In this document: in pieces, positions 14,497 through 17,978 of the stretch
How positions within the stretch are numbered: position 1 is the stretch's first letter
Layout of the letters: each line of letters begins with the position of its first letter
DNA from: Myxococcota bacterium
Lineage (GTDB): Bacteria > Myxococcota > XYA12-FULL-58-9 > JALHOP01
Reading direction: 5' to 3'
Assembly (NCBI GenBank): GCA_041288095.1
Contig: JBGGMJ010000184.1
Span: 1-17,978 of the forward strand
DNA: 17,978 bases
Program-made: the position numbers and the translations under genes
Notes under the pieces: model-generated
What the model saw: only the letters and a program-made list of their open reading frames with translations
What the model was told of the DNA's origin: nothing
Databases searched by the model: none

Positions 14497-15969
14497 ATGG
14501 ATTACGGCTCACTCGCCCTGCTCACCGACCTGTACCAGCTCACCATGGCGTACGGGTATTGGAAGAGCGGGCTCGGCGACGACGAAGCGGTGTTTCACGC
14601 CGGCTTTCGCAAGGAACCGTTCAACGGCGGCTATGCCGTGGCTTGCGGTCTCGGGCCGCTGCTGGACCTCTTGAAGGCGTTCCGTTTCCAAGAGAGCGAC
14701 CTCGACTACCTTGCCGGCTTGCGCGGCGGTGACGAGCAGCCCCTCTTCGAGGATGCCTTCCTGAAGTACCTCCAGGAGCTGCGCCTTACCCTCGACATCG
14801 ACGCCATCCCCGAAGGCACCACGGTCTTCGCCAATCAGCCGTTGGTTCGCGTCAGCGGCTCGGTGTTGCAAGGGCAGCTGCTCGAGACGGCGCTGCTCAA
14901 CATCGTGAACTTCGACACGTTGGTCGCGACCAAGGCGGCGCGTATCGTCCTCGCCGCCGAGGGCGACCCGGTGATCGAGTTCGGGCTGCGCCGCGCCCAG
15001 GGGCTCGATGGAGGCTTGTCGGCTTCGCGCGCCGCCTACATCGGCGGCTGCACCGCGACCTCGAACGTGCTCGCGGGCAAGCTCTACGGCATCCCGGTGC
15101 GCGGCACGCACGCCCATAGCTGGGTCATGTGCTTCGACGACGAGCTCACCGCGTTCCGTACCTACGCCGAAGCGCTGCCCAACAACGTGGTCTTCCTCGT
15201 CGACACCTACGATACGCTCGGCGGCGTCGATCACGCGATTACCGTTGGCAAGGAGCTCCGCGAGCGCGGACAGAAGCTCGTGGGCATCCGTCTCGACTCG
15301 GGCGACCTCGCCTGGCTCTCCATCGAAGCCCGCCGACGCCTGGATGCCGCCGGCTTCAAGGACACGCAGATCCTCGCGTCGAACGATCTCGACGAGCAGG
15401 TCATCCGCAGCTTGAAAGAGCAGGGTGCCCGCATCAGCGTTTGGGGCGTCGGCACGCGCCTCGTTACCGCCTACGACCAGCCGGCCCTGGGCGCGGTCTA
15501 CAAGCTCGGCGCCTTCCGCAAGAAGGGCGGCGACTGGCAACCCCGCATCAAGGTGAGCGAGCAGACAGCGAAGGTCTCTACACCAGGTCGGCTGCAGGTT
15601 CGGCGCTACGCGGTCTCGGGCGAGTTCGTCGGCGACGTCGTCTACGATATCGGCCATGGCATCGAAGCAGAGAGCATGATGATCGATCCGCTGGATCCGA
15701 CGCGCCGCAAGCGCTTCGGCAAGGGCATGAGCTTCGAGGATCTCTTGGTGCCGGTGATGCGCGGCGGGAAGTTCGTCTACGACGCGCCGAAGCTCGCCGT
15801 CACGCGCGAGCGCACCATGGAGCAGCTCCTCGCCTTCCACGGCGGCGTCAAACGCATCTTGAACCCGCATCGCTATCCGAACGGTCTGGAAAACCGCCTG
15901 CACGAGCTGCGCACGCAGCTCATCCTGGAGGCGCGCGAGCGTGGGAGCGTCGTCAAGGAGAGCGCATGA
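14497..15969 (+). CDS. pncB: Nicotinate phosphoribosyltransferase
   Basis: [39 protein letters not shown] (phospho-His), [16 protein letters not shown] and GVGTRL. Confidence 0.96.
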   Translation: MDYGSLALLTDLYQLTMAYGYWKSGLGDDEAVFHAGFRKEPFNGGYAVACGLGPLLDLLKAFRFQESDLDYLAGLRGGDEQPLFEDAFLKYLQELRLTLDIDAIPEGTTVFANQPLVRVSGSVLQGQLLETALLNIVNFDTLVATKAARIVLAAEGDPVIEFGLRRAQGLDGGLSASRAAYIGGCTATSNVLAGKLYGIPVRGTHAHSWVMCFDDELTAFRTYAEALPNNVVFLVDTYDTLGGVDHAITVGKELRERGQKLVGIRLDSGDLAWLSIEARRRLDAAGFKDTQILASNDLDEQVIRSLKEQGARISVWGVGTRLVTAYDQPALGAVYKLGAFRKKGGDWQPRIKVSEQTAKVSTPGRLQVRRYAVSGEFVGDVVYDIGHGIEAESMMIDPLDPTRRKRFGKGMSFEDLLVPVMRGGKFVYDAPKLAVTRERTMEQLLAFHGGVKRILNPHRYPNGLENRLHELRTQLILEARERGSVVKESA

Positions 15970-17942
15970 AGCGCATTCACGTCGCCGCCGCCGTGTTGAA
16001 CCAGACACCACTCGATTGGACTGGCAACGCCGCGCGCATCACGGCGGCGCTGCGAGCCGCGCGGGCGCAAGGCGCGACCATCGTCTGTCTGCCGGAGCTG
16101 TGCATCTCCGGCTACGGTTGCGAGGACGCATTCCTCGGTGCCGGCGTGGCGCGACGTTCGCTTGCCATCCTGCGCTCGTTGCTCCCCGAGACCGCCGGCA
16201 TGGTGGTGTCGTTCGGGTTGCCGCTCCTCTATCGCAACGGCCTGTTCAACTGCGCCGCTTTAGCGGTCGATGGCAAGCTCGTCGGCTTCGTCGCCAAACA
16301 CCACCTCGCGGGCGATGGCGTCTACTACGAGCCGCGCTGGTTCAAGCCCTGGCCGGTCGGCGCCCGCGCCATGCTCGAGGATCTCGGCGGCGTGCCGCTC
16401 GGCGACGTGCTCTTCGACATCGGCGGCGTGCGCCTCGGCTTCGAGATTTGCGAAGACGCCTGGGTCGCGAGCCGTCCCGGCGCGGCGCTGGCGGCGCTCG
16501 GTGTCGATGTGATCTTGAACCCATCGGCCTCGCACTTCGCCTTCGACAAGATCGATACGCGCCGGCGCTTCGTGCTCGAGGGCTCGCGCGCCTTCAGCAC
16601 GAGCTACGTCTACGCGAACCACCTGGGTAACGACGCGGGCCGCATCATCTGGGACGGCGGCGGTCTCATAGCGAGCGGCGGCCGCATGCTCGCCGAGGGC
16701 AGGCGCTTCGGCTTCGAGGACTGGTCGCTCACCAGCGCGGTCATCGACGTCGAATCGACGCGCATGCAGCAAGCGCGCACCGGGAGCTTTCGCCCCGACC
16801 TCGTCACCGACGACGCCCAGACGGTGAAGGTCGACTTCGCTTGGCCGGAGCAGGTCCCGGCGGCTCCGAACGCCAAAGCGGACGCCTGGGAGAGTGGCCC
16901 GACGCGCAAGGAAGAAGAGTTCACACGCGCCGTGACGCTCGCGTTGTTCGACTACATGCGCAAGAGTGCCTCGCGCGGCTTCGTCGTGAGCCTGTCCGGT
17001 GGAGCGGACTCGACGGCCGTCGTTGCACTGGTGGCGCTCATGGTGCGGCGTGCCCTGCGCGAGCTCACGCCACAAGGTTTCCAGACGAAGGTCCCGTACA
17101 TGCCGGGGCTCACCGCCGACGGTGCGCTGCGCAGCCTGTTGCTTACGGCGTACCAGGGCAGCATCAACAGCTCGACGGTCACCCGCGACGCGGCGCGCAC
17201 CGTCGCCGAGGGGTTCGGCAGCGAGCACCACGAGCTCGAGATCGACACCATGGTCCGTCACTACGTCGGTGTCGTGAGCAACGCGCTCGGCCGGCCGCTC
17301 GAGTGGAAGACCGATGACCTCGCGCTGCAGAATATCCAGGCGCGGGTGCGCGGACCGTCGGTGTGGATGTTCGCGAACGTCCGCGGCGCCTTGCTGCTCG
17401 CGACCAGCAATCGCAGCGAAGCCGCCGTCGGCTATTCGACGATGGACGGCGACACCTGCGGCGGCTTGTCGCCGATCGCCGGCATCGACAAGGCGTTCCT
17501 GCGTCACTGGCTGGGCTGGCTCATGCGCCAGGGACCCGAGGGAGATGGTGCCTTCCCGTTCCTGAAGGCAGTCGTCGATCAGCGCTCGACGCCCGAGCTG
17601 CGGCCGCAGCAGGCGAAGCAGGTCTCCGAAGGCGATCTCATGCCCTTCGCCGTCCTCGACGCCATCGAGCGCGCGGCTATCCGCGACAAGCGCGAGCCGG
17701 TGGACGTGCTCGCCATCGTCGGCGAGCAATTCCCGAACATCGGCCGCGACCAGCTCGTCGAGTACATCGATCGCTTCTTCACGCTTTGGTCACGCAATCA
17801 GTGGAAACGTGAGCGCTATGCTCCGTCGTTCCACCTCGACGACGAGAACCTCGACCCGAAGACCTGGTGTCGCTTCCCCATCCTGTCCGCCGGCTTCAAG
17901 GTCGAGCTGGCCGAGCTGCACGGGAAGACGAGCGCACCATGA
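15966..17942 (+). CDS. nadE: Glutamine-dependent NAD+ synthetase
   Basis: Starts [18 protein letters not shown] at an ATGA overlap with pncB. Nitrilase-type glutaminase triad (LPELC, VAK, FEICED), [10 protein letters not shown]-loop, [16 protein letters not shown] and NQWKRER. Confidence 0.96.
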   Translation: MKRIHVAAAVLNQTPLDWTGNAARITAALRAARAQGATIVCLPELCISGYGCEDAFLGAGVARRSLAILRSLLPETAGMVVSFGLPLLYRNGLFNCAALAVDGKLVGFVAKHHLAGDGVYYEPRWFKPWPVGARAMLEDLGGVPLGDVLFDIGGVRLGFEICEDAWVASRPGAALAALGVDVILNPSASHFAFDKIDTRRRFVLEGSRAFSTSYVYANHLGNDAGRIIWDGGGLIASGGRMLAEGRRFGFEDWSLTSAVIDVESTRMQQARTGSFRPDLVTDDAQTVKVDFAWPEQVPAAPNAKADAWESGPTRKEEEFTRAVTLALFDYMRKSASRGFVVSLSGGADSTAVVALVALMVRRALRELTPQGFQTKVPYMPGLTADGALRSLLLTAYQGSINSSTVTRDAARTVAEGFGSEHHELEIDTMVRHYVGVVSNALGRPLEWKTDDLALQNIQARVRGPSVWMFANVRGALLLATSNRSEAAVGYSTMDGDTCGGLSPIAGIDKAFLRHWLGWLMRQGPEGDGAFPFLKAVVDQRSTPELRPQQAKQVSEGDLMPFAVLDAIERAAIRDKREPVDVLAIVGEQFPNIGRDQLVEYIDRFFTLWSRNQWKRERYAPSFHLDDENLDPKTWCRFPILSAGFKVELAELHGKTSAP

Positions 17943-17978
17943 GACTCAGCGTCGATTGCGTCGTCTTTGGGACCGGCG
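17939..17978 (+). CDS. nrtR: 5' end of an NrtR-like NUDIX-domain transcriptional regulator (truncated by the window)
   Basis: ATGA overlap with the nadE stop, translating [13 protein letters not shown]. The (S/T)VDCV(V/I)FG motif opens NrtR/ADP-ribose NUDIX proteins, and the context is an NAD salvage operon with an NrtR-type site. Confidence 0.7.
   Translation, partial: MRLSVDCVVFGTG

Noticed and set aside
15129..15965. N-terminal 279-aa extension of the 937-aa NadE ORF
   Set aside because: Arg-rich alternative-frame read of pncB. The real NadE starts at ATG 15966 (ATGA overlap), where family similarity begins.

Overview
GC-rich bacterial chromosomal window. The long-form HflX and the lipoprotein style suggest a Myxococcota/Deltaproteobacteria-like organism (inference). 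It is mostly housekeeping or metabolic. In order: a TetR regulator, a SulP transporter + beta-carbonic anhydrase pair, a lipoprotein of the sulfatase/alkaline-phosphatase superfamily, an SCP2 protein, two coupled orphan genes behind a highly structured leader, gshB, hflX, a membrane (Yip1-like)-TlpA thioredoxin fusion, an orphan phage-type XRE/S24 repressor followed by a single-domain receiver protein, a penicillin-acylase-family lipoprotein, and an NAD salvage operon (pncB-nadE-start of nrtR) with an NrtR-type operator. No rRNA, tRNA, CRISPR array or transposase was seen. Most notable: (1) the CI/LexA-like repressor has Ala in place of the catalytic Ser (GDAM, not GDSM) and is flanked by two copies of a 21-bp palindrome, GAGTAAC-N7-GTTACTC, suggesting a domesticated non-cleavable phage-type switch wired to a receiver protein; (2) the orphan two-gene operon has a multi-hairpin leader that can sequester its own RBS; (3) hflX appears to need a non-canonical (ACG) start codon.
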